Positions 8,287-18,392 of a DNA stretch of 64,000 nt are shown here, one piece after another. The stretch covers positions 1 through 64,000 of the forward strand of contig JBGTHM010000014.1 in assembly GCA_041746255.1 (NCBI GenBank). The letters are read 5' to 3'. The position numbers and the translations under genes were made by a program. Every line of letters starts with the position of its first letter. Within the stretch, counting starts at the first letter, position 1. The notes under the pieces are model-generated. The model did not search any database, was not told the DNA's origin, and worked only from the letters and a program-made list of their open reading frames with translations. The stretch is from Fibrobacteria bacterium (GTDB taxonomy: Bacteria > Fibrobacterota > Fibrobacteria > UBA11236).

Positions 8287-8717
8287 GTGTGCTGATTCTT
8301 TCCAATAGCCGGCGCGTGTTACTTCCCTTGCAATTGCATGGCTCCCTACAGGGTACTCCCCCGGATTTACGCGGCCTGCTGGTCAGCGAGGTAAAAGCGG
8401 GCGGTGGAACGCAGGAATTTTTCGCGCCTCTTTCAGGGTCGGGGATTCCGGCGCCTTTTCGAGGGGATCGCTGGTGTTATGCCTGGCGCGATGAAGCGGG
8501 AATCCCCTCGCTCTGGGTAGGGTTTCCCGATGTTGTTTTTTCGGCCCATATCGATTTTAGGGAAAGGTTGTCCGTAGAGGCCCTTATCGGAGAATCTGCA
8601 ACCTGGGAGGGATTGCTTTCCGTGGCCCGACTCGAAATAACCCTTAAGCCGCCACCCGGCCTTACTCTCGAAGCGGGCTGGGGCGAAACTTTCGCCCCCC
8701 TTTCTCCGAGCCGCTGA
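8283..8717 (+). CDS. Hypothetical protein resembling the N-terminal domain of the upstream ORF
   Basis: ATGA coupling; colinear motif similarity to 6958..8286. Confidence 0.65.
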   Translation: MSVLILSNSRRVLLPLQLHGSLQGTPPDLRGLLVSEVKAGGGTQEFFAPLSGSGIPAPFRGDRWCYAWRDEAGIPSLWVGFPDVVFSAHIDFRERLSVEALIGESATWEGLLSVARLEITLKPPPGLTLEAGWGETFAPLSPSR

Positions 8718-8731
8718 AAAATTCTCACTCC

Positions 8732-10570
8732 TTATTCCAGTCCCTTGCGGTATTGCAGGGCGAACCGGTTGTCGGGAGCGATCGCCAATATCCGGTCGAT
8801 GGCGCGAATGGCTTCGGACTTGCGGCCAAGCAAATCGGAGGTAACCGCCAAGCCACCCAAGGCCCGGATCAGCAGGCGCGAGTCGTTTGTTCCATATTCG
8901 AGTGAGCGGGAATAGGCCGCATTGGCTTCTTCCAATTTTCCCAGGTCGTTGAAATCATCGGCCATGCGTACGCATTCCGACATGGATGCGGGCCATGCGC
9001 CTTGACGGAAATCAGCCAGGATTTGCGTTGCCCTATGCGAGGAAACCTTGGCGTTACCTGGGTGCCTATCGGCCGCTTCCTCCCGCTTGGCGGCGGTTTC
9101 CCGGGGAGGGGCAATGGCTTCGGGTGGAGGAAGAGTGGGTGGCGGTTCCGGCGCCGTTTCCACCACGGCAGGAGATGCCTCCGGCCGATAGTCGCCCGGA
9201 TCGTCAAAGCGGCTGGCTGCGGGCGCGGACTGATCCATTTTGGGATTGCGCGCCGGCGGGATTTCCGGTTCGGCTCCCTGCAGGAGAAAATAGGTCAGGA
9301 TTCCCGCAGCGATAACCAGCATGGCCGCTATGCCTCCCACCAGCAACCAAAGCGTGGACGAAGATTTGCTTTTCTCGGGGAGGGGAGTTTCGTGACGCGG
9401 TTTATCCTGTCCCAATCCTTGAAAACCGAAAAGAGTTGCGCTCACCTCGTCGCCCGGGTTGCCTGTCCCCGAAGCCTTGGGAATTTCCAAGGAGGAGTAA
9501 TGCGTTTGGAGGACTTCTTGACCGGAGCGGGTAGCGGGTTGCCGTTGCGGCTTGCGGAAGGGTTCGCCGGCCGGCTCGGTTTTGGGTAACCCCGCCGGTC
9601 TAATTCCCGCGGAAGGGGGTGGCGAAGGCGGCTTGGACAGTTCACGTGAAAGGCTGTTCAAAGTTTCCGGAGCGTTACGGTTTTCAGGAGGCGAATTGCC
9701 GAAGAGGGTTCCTCCCAGGGAAGGGAGTGGTTCGGTGCTCGCAAGTTTTTCCGGTTCGAAAGAAGACAGGCATTCAAATAATTTTTGCTGCAGGGCCCAT
9801 AAATCATCGGAAAAATGATCCGGATGTTGATACCGGTCTTCGGGTCGAGGCGCCATCGCCTTTTCCAGGAATCGGATGAGACCAGGATCGAGCGAACTCA
9901 TTTTACTTCTCAGGGCGTTCGACTCTAAGGGTGGATTCTCGCCTACGATCAGTTTGAAGGCCAAGGCGCCCAGGGAATAAATATCCGAACTGGGATAACC
10001 CGCGTGCCCCTGACGAACTTCGGGCGCGGAATAGCCGGCATAGGCAGGACGGACCGGTAAGGGTTCGGAAGCCTCTCCCGGCGCCAAGGCTCTGGGATCC
10101 CAATCACAAACGCGGCTCAGTAATGGCCCGACGATGACATTCCCCGGATGCAGGTTGAGGTGCCGCGCGCTTTGATGCATTTCGAGCAACCCCTGTCCCA
10201 GTTGCCACAAAACCTGCACTCCCGTTCTGGCGCGCGTTTCGGCTTCGGTGGTCGCCAACCAGGTTTCGAAATTATCTCCCTCCGCGAACTCACGGATGAC
10301 ATAGACCATGCCTTCGTCTTCCTGGATATCCTGAACAGCGCAGAGGTTTTCATGGCGGATTTCGGTCAGCGCTCCGGCTTTAAGAAAGAAATTAACGGTT
10401 TTAAGGAGCAGGGCGCTGACGGGGAGGTGGTAGAGTTTCAGGCAGAGGCTACGACCCGAAAAAGACTCCGAAGCGACATAAGTGCGCCCACAGGGAGATT
10501 CACCCAGGAATTGCTCCACGATGTAACGTCCAGCGACAGTGTCGCCTATGGCTCTAGCCGCATGACTCAT
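8732..10570 (-). CDS. Hanks-type Ser/Thr kinase-like membrane protein (probable pseudokinase) with C-terminal TPR
   Basis: Kinase fold (GRYIVEQFLG, HENL, YSAPE, SDIYSLG, RPEDRY), Pro-rich linker, one TM helix (WLLVGGIAAMLVIAAGILTYFLL), TPR-like tail. Confidence 0.85.
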   Translation of the reverse strand: MSHAARAIGDTVAGRYIVEQFLGESPCGRTYVASESFSGRSLCLKLYHLPVSALLLKTVNFFLKAGALTEIRHENLCAVQDIQEDEGMVYVIREFAEGDNFETWLATTEAETRARTGVQVLWQLGQGLLEMHQSARHLNLHPGNVIVGPLLSRVCDWDPRALAPGEASEPLPVRPAYAGYSAPEVRQGHAGYPSSDIYSLGALAFKLIVGENPPLESNALRSKMSSLDPGLIRFLEKAMAPRPEDRYQHPDHFSDDLWALQQKLFECLSSFEPEKLASTEPLPSLGGTLFGNSPPENRNAPETLNSLSRELSKPPSPPPSAGIRPAGLPKTEPAGEPFRKPQRQPATRSGQEVLQTHYSSLEIPKASGTGNPGDEVSATLFGFQGLGQDKPRHETPLPEKSKSSSTLWLLVGGIAAMLVIAAGILTYFLLQGAEPEIPPARNPKMDQSAPAASRFDDPGDYRPEASPAVVETAPEPPPTLPPPEAIAPPRETAAKREEAADRHPGNAKVSSHRATQILADFRQGAWPASMSECVRMADDFNDLGKLEEANAAYSRSLEYGTNDSRLLIRALGGLAVTSDLLGRKSEAIRAIDRILAIAPDNRFALQYRKGLE

Positions 10571-10725
10571 GGAATCGGTCCTCCCGCAATAAGGATAATA
10601 AATGAGGTGACGAAGAAAAACGGAATGGGTCTAATTTGCTAATTTGCCGGTGGTACGGCGAATCGGGTCAGATGGGGGCGATAACCTTCCGAAGCTCCAG
10701 CCGCGCAAAGGGAATGGAAGCACGC

Positions 10726-11328
10726 ATGTCGAATAGTCTGAAAATGTCCGAAGTCATCTCCGCATCGCTCAGAGACAGCCGTCTGGCATTAGACCGGTTT
10801 ATGCAAAATCCCGCCCATATCCAGGCCATGGAAAAAATGGCGGGACTTCTGAGCGAATGTTTCAATTCGGGGCATAAGGTTCTGGCTTGCGGCAACGGCG
10901 GTTCCGCTTGTGATGCCTTGCATTTCGCCGAAGAATTTACAGGCCGCTACCGGGGCGACAGACGCCCGCTGCCCGTGATTCCCTTACTGGAAGGGGCGAA
11001 CCTGACTTGTGTGGCGAATGATTACGGCTTTGCCGAGATTTTCGCGCGCGGGGTAATGGCCTATGGACAAAAAGGCGATATATTGCTGGCCATCAGTACC
11101 AGCGGTAATTCCGAAAATATCCTGCGGGCCGTTCAGAGGGCCAAGGAGAATTCGGTGCAAGTATTGTTGCTGTTGGGGCGCGAAGGTGGAGCTTTGAAAG
11201 GCCAGGGCGATTGCGAATTGATTGTTGCGGCGGACACTACCGACCGCATCCAGGAAGTGCATATGGTCATTTTGCATATACTCATTGAATGCGTGGAGCG
11301 GCGGCTTTTCCCCGAAAACTACCCTTGA
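10726..11328 (+). CDS. gmhA: D-sedoheptulose 7-phosphate isomerase
   Basis: CGNGGSACDA, ANDYG, ISTSGNSEN, DRIQEVH. Confidence 0.93.
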   Translation: MSNSLKMSEVISASLRDSRLALDRFMQNPAHIQAMEKMAGLLSECFNSGHKVLACGNGGSACDALHFAEEFTGRYRGDRRPLPVIPLLEGANLTCVANDYGFAEIFARGVMAYGQKGDILLAISTSGNSENILRAVQRAKENSVQVLLLLGREGGALKGQGDCELIVAADTTDRIQEVHMVILHILIECVERRLFPENYP

Positions 11329-12704
11329 AAAAAACCTTCACCTCTGCGAGGAGACTCGCCTTTCTCGTCCTTTTAGCCGGTCTGGCAGATTCTGTGCGGG
11401 CAATTGATTTGCCCGCCACGCCCAAAGTTTCCGAGGATTCGCTTCAGTCCCTTTTGAGCCAAGCTCCGGAAAACCCCCTGAATTGGTTCAACCTCGGGGC
11501 CTTGGCGGCGCAGAATAAACAATTCGATTTGGCGGAGAGTTATTTTGCGGAGACCTTGGATCTATCCGAACCGACCAGTCCTCTCATCGTAGCGGTGGGG
11601 GGAGTTTGGCTGGCCGTCGGCGAAACGGTGAGGGCGCTACCCTATTTGATGCCTAATCTAAGGCTGCTCACCCCCCAGGATTTGAACCAATTGCAGATGG
11701 GGTTGGGCGATAAAGGGTATGCCGGTCCCCGACTCGTGGTGCTTCGGCATTGGGCGAAAAGAAATCCGGAATTCTCCCCCGTCGCTGAAGAAGCGGGGCG
11801 CGTGGCTTGCGGCCAGGGGGATTGGGCCGTATGCCGGGACATTCTGGAAAAATTCGCCGGTACGGTGGATTCGTCCAGTGCGGTGAGTTTGTTACGGGCG
11901 GGGACGTTTCTCAACCAGAAGTTGCCGAGACGCGATGTGGATGGCCTGATGCGACGGCATAAGGGCAAGGAAATCCTTTTCTGGGGTCATATGCAACATG
12001 CCCTGTCCGGTAATTGGAGCGTAGTCAAGCGTTATCGAAATGGAGGGACGGTGTCGGACTCGGCGCGTTTCCATTACCTTCGGGCTTTGATGGCAATGGC
12101 CGGAGACAATCACGATCTTTGCGCATCTCATTTTGAAAGGTCGCTGGAACAGGCACCAGACAGCCTGGCGGTATTGGTGGCGGCGGACTTTTACCGTTTC
12201 TATGCGGTTACGGGCAACTCTTTTAAACTGGAACAGCTTTGGGAAGATATCAAGGCCCGCTTCCAAGAATCGAAGCTGGCGGTGCTGCTGGCCCAACAAT
12301 TGGAATTGCGCGGTTATGAGAAGCAGGCGCGCTATTATTATCGGGTGGCGCATCGCCTGAATTCCCGTCTTCCGCTCGCCCTCGAAGCCTTATGGAATGA
12401 TTTCCTCCAACGGGATGAGGTGAATATTTTACAGGCCCATATCGACACTTTGTTGGCGCACGATTCGCTTTCCTGCATCGGAAATACCCTGGCCATGCGA
12501 TTGCGGGCCGATCTCGAAGATTATGACAACATGATACGTTTTGGACGGAATGCCTCGCTTCTCTGCCACGAAGCGGTGGAGCCGTTTTACCACCTGGGGC
12601 AAGCCTATCTCAAATTGAAGCAGCCCGACCAGGCGCGTCGCAGTTTTGCGCGCTACGTTTCGCGGGGAGGCGAAAGGGAGAAAGTCCCGGTTTACATGCG
12701 GTAG
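11325..12704 (+). CDS. Exported TPR-repeat protein
   Basis: TTG overlapping the gmhA stop; signal peptide; TPR motifs (WFNLGALA..AESYF, FYHLGQAY). Confidence 0.7.
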   Translation: MKKTFTSARRLAFLVLLAGLADSVRAIDLPATPKVSEDSLQSLLSQAPENPLNWFNLGALAAQNKQFDLAESYFAETLDLSEPTSPLIVAVGGVWLAVGETVRALPYLMPNLRLLTPQDLNQLQMGLGDKGYAGPRLVVLRHWAKRNPEFSPVAEEAGRVACGQGDWAVCRDILEKFAGTVDSSSAVSLLRAGTFLNQKLPRRDVDGLMRRHKGKEILFWGHMQHALSGNWSVVKRYRNGGTVSDSARFHYLRALMAMAGDNHDLCASHFERSLEQAPDSLAVLVAADFYRFYAVTGNSFKLEQLWEDIKARFQESKLAVLLAQQLELRGYEKQARYYYRVAHRLNSRLPLALEALWNDFLQRDEVNILQAHIDTLLAHDSLSCIGNTLAMRLRADLEDYDNMIRFGRNASLLCHEAVEPFYHLGQAYLKLKQPDQARRSFARYVSRGGEREKVPVYMR

Positions 12705-13108
12705 GATTTTCGCGACGCGGCTTTCCGCTCAAGCAGAAATCGACTCAACCACAAGCCGGTATACACACCGAGCGCATCGGCGAGCATGTCTCCATAACTG
12801 AATTCGCGCATGGGTACAAAGAGTTGATGGATCTCGTCCGTTACTCCGTATGCAACGCCCACAGCCAATCCCTTCCAATCGAAGGACCGCCGAACCGTCT
12901 TCGCTTCGAAACCACGCTCTCTGAAAGCGAACCGCGACCCTATCAGAAACCCCAACAAAGAATAAACGCTAAAGTGGACCAATTTATCCGCGTGTGGAAA
13001 GAGTTTGGGGAATTCCGGCCCGCCCGGAAAGGAAGACGAGAGGAATATGACTCCCATGCAGGCCAGGCTGGGTAGCCAGGCCAAAAGAGCGGAACTACTC
13101 CGCTTCAT
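12692..13108 (-). CDS. VanZ family membrane protein
   Basis: DKLVHF, DEIHQLFVPMR, DMLADALG. Confidence 0.88.
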   Translation of the reverse strand: MKRSSSALLAWLPSLACMGVIFLSSSFPGGPEFPKLFPHADKLVHFSVYSLLGFLIGSRFAFRERGFEAKTVRRSFDWKGLAVGVAYGVTDEIHQLFVPMREFSYGDMLADALGVYTGLWLSRFLLERKAASRKSYRM

Positions 13109-13343
13109 TTTCGTTTAACCGCAGTTCCCCCTTTTTGTACCGCTCCAACACTTGCTCGGCTTCGGCCTTGTCCGATACATCCACCACGACGGCTACGCCT
13201 TGGGATAATTGGAGATTGGGAAGCATACCTCCGCTATCGTCCGCGAATACATCGGCGGAAATGCCCATGTTGATCAGAAGGTTTTTGATGACTTCCGCTT
13301 CCATTTCATTGGAGGCGATGTATGCGGGCACGAGTTCGTTCAT
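13095..13343 (-). CDS. DUF2007-type small protein
   Basis: EAEVIKNLL..GI, GVAVVVD..D.AEA pattern. Confidence 0.8.
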   Translation of the reverse strand: MNELVPAYIASNEMEAEVIKNLLINMGISADVFADDSGGMLPNLQLSQGVAVVVDVSDKAEAEQVLERYKKGELRLNENEAE

Positions 13344-13623
13344 GGGATTTTCCTGGTGTCAGGTGAATAGCTGCCGGAGATGAAGACCTATCTCCATTCG
13401 AAGCGACCAGGTTGAAAATCCCAATTGGGGAGGGAACTGTCAAGGAAATGCGGTTTTTAAGACCCTGGATTAATTTTCCGGGCCAAACCCACACGAGGAG
13501 GTAAATCAAATAGACCATGAGACCGGCCCCCAAGGCCGATAGCCATATTAAGCATACGTATAGGGCAAATTCCAGGTTCATAAGCCTCTCGAACAGGAAT
13601 CGGTCGCGGTTGCGTGAAAGCAA
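13306..13623 (-). CDS. Possible small membrane protein
   Basis: Hydrophobic stretch, co-oriented with neighbours; start uncertain, may be spurious. Confidence 0.35.
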   Translation of the reverse strand: MLSRNRDRFLFERLMNLEFALYVCLIWLSALGAGLMVYLIYLLVWVWPGKLIQGLKNRISLTVPSPIGIFNLVASNGDRSSSPAAIHLTPGKSHERTRARIHRLQ

Positions 13624-13688
13624 TCCGAGCCGATTTACATCAATCCTAGAGGATGGCGCCGGTTGGAGGCAAGGGGATAATGGGGGTA

Positions 13689-14702
13689 TTACCGGGTTTT
13701 TCGGCCCGGTATGGCCGTGACGCTCAGAAAAAAGCGGCCCGCGAAGTCCAGGGAAACCTCCAGGTGCCCATCGGGCAAGTCCAAGGCCAGGGCCGGCAAA
13801 GGGAAGGGGGCGGAAGGCGGATTGGCAAGCAATTCCCGAAAACGGGGAACCGGGACATGACCTTTATTGAGAGATTGCATCTGCCAGGATGGCCACGTTA
13901 ACAGCCGCGGAAAGCTTTGGGCCACACGCATCAGGAATACCTGGGCCTCCATGAAGAGGATACCGGATAAGTCCGCGGCATATTCCGCGTGCTGCTCGGG
14001 AGAGATGGCAAAAAAGGTTTCCCGTATATCCTGTAACGACTCTCCGGATTCATGTTCCAGCCGCAAGCGTTGCAGCGGGCGGCCTTCCACGTAGAGCTTC
14101 CAGCGTTTTTCCCGCAATGGCAAGAAGCACGTGGTGTCTTTGCCGCCGCAGCCGCCTCGCAGCCAGAGCGAAGAGGTGTCGAGGTAAGCGAGTAATCCGG
14201 GTTGCAGCCGGAGCTCATCGGTAACCAACTCCGGTTCGTCGGGAGGAGTCTGTAAAAAAGTCAGATAGAAGGTGTGGCCGTCAAGACCGGAGCCGAGCCA
14301 TCCCGTTTGCTCAAATCCCTGGAGAAACCAATGTTGCTCCAAACCGGGAAAGCGGTCCCTCAGCGGGATGGCCGATTCATCCGGAAGTTCATGCCAGGTG
14401 GCGCCCTGCGAGTGCTCCGACGTGATGGCATGGAAAGGACCGTCTTCAAACGGAACTTTTTGGCGGTAGGTTAGGCCTTCGATCCGGTTACCGCGCCAGG
14501 AAAGCTCCAGGAAGAGGGTGTCTCCCCGCTCAACACGATGTAATAGCGACGGCTTGCCTGCGACTCTCTCGAGCACACGGTATTGTTTTTTCAACGAGGA
14601 CGTATCCGGTACATGCAGGGCCGCAGCGGACCCGATAAGGATTAACGTCAGCCACGAAAATGGGAGGCGAAGGCGGAAATCACTTTTCCGTCTCGTCTCC
14701 AT
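13689..14702 (-). CDS. Hypothetical exported protein
   Basis: ATG 14702 overlaps the gyrA end; N-terminal hydrophobic signal-like segment. Confidence 0.65.
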   Translation of the reverse strand: METRRKSDFRLRLPFSWLTLILIGSAAALHVPDTSSLKKQYRVLERVAGKPSLLHRVERGDTLFLELSWRGNRIEGLTYRQKVPFEDGPFHAITSEHSQGATWHELPDESAIPLRDRFPGLEQHWFLQGFEQTGWLGSGLDGHTFYLTFLQTPPDEPELVTDELRLQPGLLAYLDTSSLWLRGGCGGKDTTCFLPLREKRWKLYVEGRPLQRLRLEHESGESLQDIRETFFAISPEQHAEYAADLSGILFMEAQVFLMRVAQSFPRLLTWPSWQMQSLNKGHVPVPRFRELLANPPSAPFPLPALALDLPDGHLEVSLDFAGRFFLSVTAIPGRKTR

Positions 14703-17280
14703 CGGTTTCGATTTCGTCATCGGCCTCTTCTTCCGTAACGTCGTCGGCTGTGTCCAATTCCTGGCCGTCGCCGCTTTGAGCCGGACCGGCTGATTCCGCC
14801 ACTGCGGCGGCAACCGCTTCCTTGGCTTCGAGTTCATCCGGGTCGACATCCTCCTTTTCGACAATGTCGACGCAAGTCATGGCGTCATTGTTATTCAACC
14901 GAATGACACGTACCCCTTGGGTGTCGCGCCCTATGGTGGGAATCTCGGAAACACCCAAACGAATCACCAAGCCTTCTTTGGTGATGACAAGAATATCCTG
15001 GTTTTCCCTTACGCTGTCAATGGAAACCGCCTGTCCGGTCTTTTCGGTGACTCGGATATTGCGGACGCCCTTGCCGCCGCGTCCGGTTATCCGGTATTCG
15101 TCGGGCTGGGTTTTCTTGCCATAACCGTTTTCGGTGATGGTCAAAATGGTAGTGTCGCCTTCGGGAACTACCAGACCGATGGCGGCATCGTTTTCACCCA
15201 ATTGAATTCCGCGCACGCCCCGGGTTCCACGCCCGGTTTGCCGGAATTTTCGCATGGGAAAACGGATGGCCTGGCCCTTGCGGGAACCAATCATGACGTC
15301 GTCGGCTTCCGAGGCGAGAACCACTTGAATGAGCTTATCGCCCTCGTCGAGATTGAGAGCGATAATTCCGCCTTGCCGGGGACGGGAGAACGATTGCAGG
15401 GCCATTTTGTTGATGATGCCTTTTTCGGTGAGCAATACCAGGGACCGTACGTCCTCGAATTTTTTGACGGGAACAAAGGCGCTGACCTTCTCGCCTTCCT
15501 GCAGGTTGAGCAGATTGACGATGGCCTTGCCCTTGGATGTGCGCGAGCCTTCGGGGATCTCGTAAACCTTAAGCCAATAACAGCGCCCAAGGTTGGTGAA
15601 GGTGAGGATATAGCTATGCGCCCAGGCGATGAAAAGATGCTCGATGAAATCCTCGTCTTTGAGACCGGCGCCCGAGACGCCTTTTCCGCCGCGACCCTGC
15701 TGTTTATACGCGTCGGTGGGGATGCGTTTGATATAGCCGCCGTGGGAAACGGTGATGACCATGGGTTCGTCGGCGATGAGATCGAGATGGGTGAGATCGT
15801 CCACGCTGTCTTCGATTACGGTTCTACGCTCGTCGCCGAACTTGTCCGCGATTTCCTGCAATTCCTCGGAAATGATCCGCATACGACGGCCTTTGTCCGC
15901 GAGGATTTCCTTGAGCCCGGCGATGGTGAGCAGCAGTTCCTGGTATTCATTTTCGATTTTTTCGCGCTCCAGGCCCGTGAGGCGTTGCAGGCGCATTTCC
16001 AAAATGGCATCGGCTTGTTTTTCGCTGAGCGAAAAATTTTCCATCAGGCCCTGGCGAGCTTCTTGGGTGCTTTGCGAGGCGCGAATCAGCTTGATGATTT
16101 CGTCGATATGGTCCAGGGCGATGCGTAAGCCTTCGAGGATATGCGCCCGGGCTTCCGCTTTGTCCAATTCGAACTGCGTGCGCCGCTCCACCACCTCGTG
16201 GCGGTGTTCGATGAAGTACAGTACCATCTCGCGCAAGGTCAGAGTACGGGGTTGCCCGTTGACCAAGGCGAGGTTGTGAATGGAAAAAGTGTCTTGCAGT
16301 TGCGTGTGCTTATACAGCTGATTAAGCACGATCTCGGGATAGGCGTCTTTTTTGAGTTCGATGACGATGCGCATCCCGTGGCGGTCGGATTCGTCGCGTA
16401 AATCGGAAATCCCTTCGATTACCTTTTCGCGCACCAGGTTGGCGGCTTTCTCCAGCAAATTGCTTTTGTTCACCTGGAAGGGGATTTCAGTGACGATGAT
16501 GCGCGACTTGCCGTTGGGCATTTCTTCGATGCTGGTGCGGGCGCGTACACGGGCCTTGCCCTTGCCGGTGAGCTGGGCGCTGATGATTCCGCTACGGCCG
16601 CAGATGATTCCCCCGGTGGGGAAGTCGGGACCTTGCACGATTTTGAGCAGTTCTTCGGCCGGCAGTTCCGGATTCTCGATAAGCGCCAGGCAGGCGGCCA
16701 CGATTTCCCGCAAATTGTGGGGAGGCATATTGGTGGCCATGCCCACGGCAATACCCGTGCTTCCGTTGACCAGCAGATTGGGCAGGGCGGAAGGCAGCAC
16801 CGAAGGCTCCGTCAACGAACCGTCGTAGTTAGGGACGAAATTGACGGTATTCTTCTCCAAATCCTGAAGCATCAATTCGGCGCATTTTTTCATGCGGGCT
16901 TCGGTATAACGCATGGCGGCGGGAGGATCGCCGTCGATGGAACCGAAGTTACCTTGTCCGTCGACCAGCGGGTAGCGCATGGAAAAGTCCTGCGCGAGGC
17001 GCACGATGGTTTCATAAATCGCCGAATCGCCATGGGGATGGTATTTACCCATCACTTCACCCACGATGTTGGCCGATTTCTTGTAGGGCTTGTCGGAAAA
17101 GAGATTGATGGTCTCCATGCCGTAAAGTATGCGCCGATGCACCGGCTTCAGTCCGTCGCGCACGTCGGGTAAGGCGCGCGATACGATGACGGACATGGAA
17201 TATCGCAGGTAAGAGGTTTTCATCTCCTCTTCAATAAGGGTATTTACGATATTGCCGTGGGAAGGAACTATCTGGGTCAT
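14680..17280 (-). CDS. gyrA: DNA gyrase subunit A
   Basis: [23 protein letters not shown], catalytic AAMRYTE, GyrA box QGRGGKG, acidic tail. Confidence 0.98.
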   Translation of the reverse strand: MTQIVPSHGNIVNTLIEEEMKTSYLRYSMSVIVSRALPDVRDGLKPVHRRILYGMETINLFSDKPYKKSANIVGEVMGKYHPHGDSAIYETIVRLAQDFSMRYPLVDGQGNFGSIDGDPPAAMRYTEARMKKCAELMLQDLEKNTVNFVPNYDGSLTEPSVLPSALPNLLVNGSTGIAVGMATNMPPHNLREIVAACLALIENPELPAEELLKIVQGPDFPTGGIICGRSGIISAQLTGKGKARVRARTSIEEMPNGKSRIIVTEIPFQVNKSNLLEKAANLVREKVIEGISDLRDESDRHGMRIVIELKKDAYPEIVLNQLYKHTQLQDTFSIHNLALVNGQPRTLTLREMVLYFIEHRHEVVERRTQFELDKAEARAHILEGLRIALDHIDEIIKLIRASQSTQEARQGLMENFSLSEKQADAILEMRLQRLTGLEREKIENEYQELLLTIAGLKEILADKGRRMRIISEELQEIADKFGDERRTVIEDSVDDLTHLDLIADEPMVITVSHGGYIKRIPTDAYKQQGRGGKGVSGAGLKDEDFIEHLFIAWAHSYILTFTNLGRCYWLKVYEIPEGSRTSKGKAIVNLLNLQEGEKVSAFVPVKKFEDVRSLVLLTEKGIINKMALQSFSRPRQGGIIALNLDEGDKLIQVVLASEADDVMIGSRKGQAIRFPMRKFRQTGRGTRGVRGIQLGENDAAIGLVVPEGDTTILTITENGYGKKTQPDEYRITGRGGKGVRNIRVTEKTGQAVSIDSVRENQDILVITKEGLVIRLGVSEIPTIGRDTQGVRVIRLNNNDAMTCVDIVEKEDVDPDELEAKEAVAAAVAESAGPAQSGDGQELDTADDVTEEEADDEIETDGDETEK

Positions 17281-17298
17281 GTGACTCCTTGCATGGGG

Positions 17299-18084
17299 CT
17301 AACTTGGGTTTCGCCGGGCGAGTTTTTCGAAATCCGGTCCAAGCCTATTGAGGCGCAGCGCCTCACCGTCCGCGGATTGCGAAAGAATCAGCGGCGTGAT
17401 GGCGATTTTATTACGGGATAGGGCGTAGTCGTCCGTGCCTTCGATGAATTGATTGGCGGGCTTGTATCCCCGCAATTGGTATTCCGTAATACCATTGGGC
17501 AAGGTCACGGCATGATAGTGATCGGCGAACATTACCGTGCTCATTTCCGTGAATTCAACTCCGTCGATATCCTCCGGCGCGCAGGCCGGGAAATTGATGT
17601 TCCATAAGCCATTGCCGATAAGGTCTGGAATGTCGGACCGCTCCAGCAACTCGATTAGCCATTTGACGGCGAAGTGAAGATGGGGGGTGGAATTGGTCCA
17701 AACCGAAAGCGCCAAAGAGGGGATGCCCCAAATCGCCCCCTCCCGCGCCGCAGCCACCGTACCGGAATAGATGGCGTTTATGCCTGCGTTCTCCCCCAGA
17801 TTGATGCCCGAGACCACCAAATCGATTTTCTCGTTTTTAAACAGGTGGGAGACCGCGAATTTAATGCAGTCGCAGGGGGTGCCTTCAATTTGATAGGCGG
17901 GGTAAGCGGGGCTGTCGATTTTCTTGTAGAGGAGGCCGCGGTTGTAGGTGAAAGCCTGCGCCATGCCGCTTTGGTCGTGGGTAGGCGCAACTACGCGCAC
18001 ATCGTGGCGTTCCGCCAGAGCTTCCGCCAGAACGGAAAGAATCGGGCTGAGGATGCCATCATCATTGGTCACTAATATCTTCAT
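17299..18084 (-). CDS. surE: 5'/3'-nucleotidase SurE
   Basis: MKILVTNDDG, GTPCDC, SGINLGEN, YSGTVAAA. Confidence 0.95.
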   Translation of the reverse strand: MKILVTNDDGILSPILSVLAEALAERHDVRVVAPTHDQSGMAQAFTYNRGLLYKKIDSPAYPAYQIEGTPCDCIKFAVSHLFKNEKIDLVVSGINLGENAGINAIYSGTVAAAREGAIWGIPSLALSVWTNSTPHLHFAVKWLIELLERSDIPDLIGNGLWNINFPACAPEDIDGVEFTEMSTVMFADHYHAVTLPNGITEYQLRGYKPANQFIEGTDDYALSRNKIAITPLILSQSADGEALRLNRLGPDFEKLARRNPS

Positions 18085-18209
18085 TAGGGCATTAAAAATT
18101 GCGATTGAAAAGGTGCTGCCCACCCAGGGTGGAAGATTGATAATTTACCTAATTTCAGCGGTTTAGCCAAGGCTGGAAGGCGTTTCCGGAGGGTTTGCCA
18201 AGGCTTTTT

Positions 18210-18296
18210 GGGGAGGGTTCGGCGAAGCCCCGGTGATACGCTCCGCCCCATGGCCATAAAGGGGTCGGGACCGGGTTGCAGGGCGGAGCCCGCCCC
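18210..18296. repeat. GC-rich hairpin cluster (REP-like)
   Basis: GGC-GAA-GCC and GGGC-GGA-GCCC triloop hairpins inside GGGG..CGCCCC stems in the surE/hisS intergenic region. Confidence 0.3.
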
Positions 18297-18392
18297 ACTT
18301 TTTCACCCTTCCTTTTCAGCCGTTTATGGACGGGCCTCGTTAAGTTATTATTCGGCTCCCGCGAAAGAATGGAAATCGGGGCATAGTAGACC

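Noticed and set aside
14917..16128. 403-aa ORF antisense to gyrA
   Set aside because: Shadow ORF expected from GC-rich codon bias; no recognisable motifs
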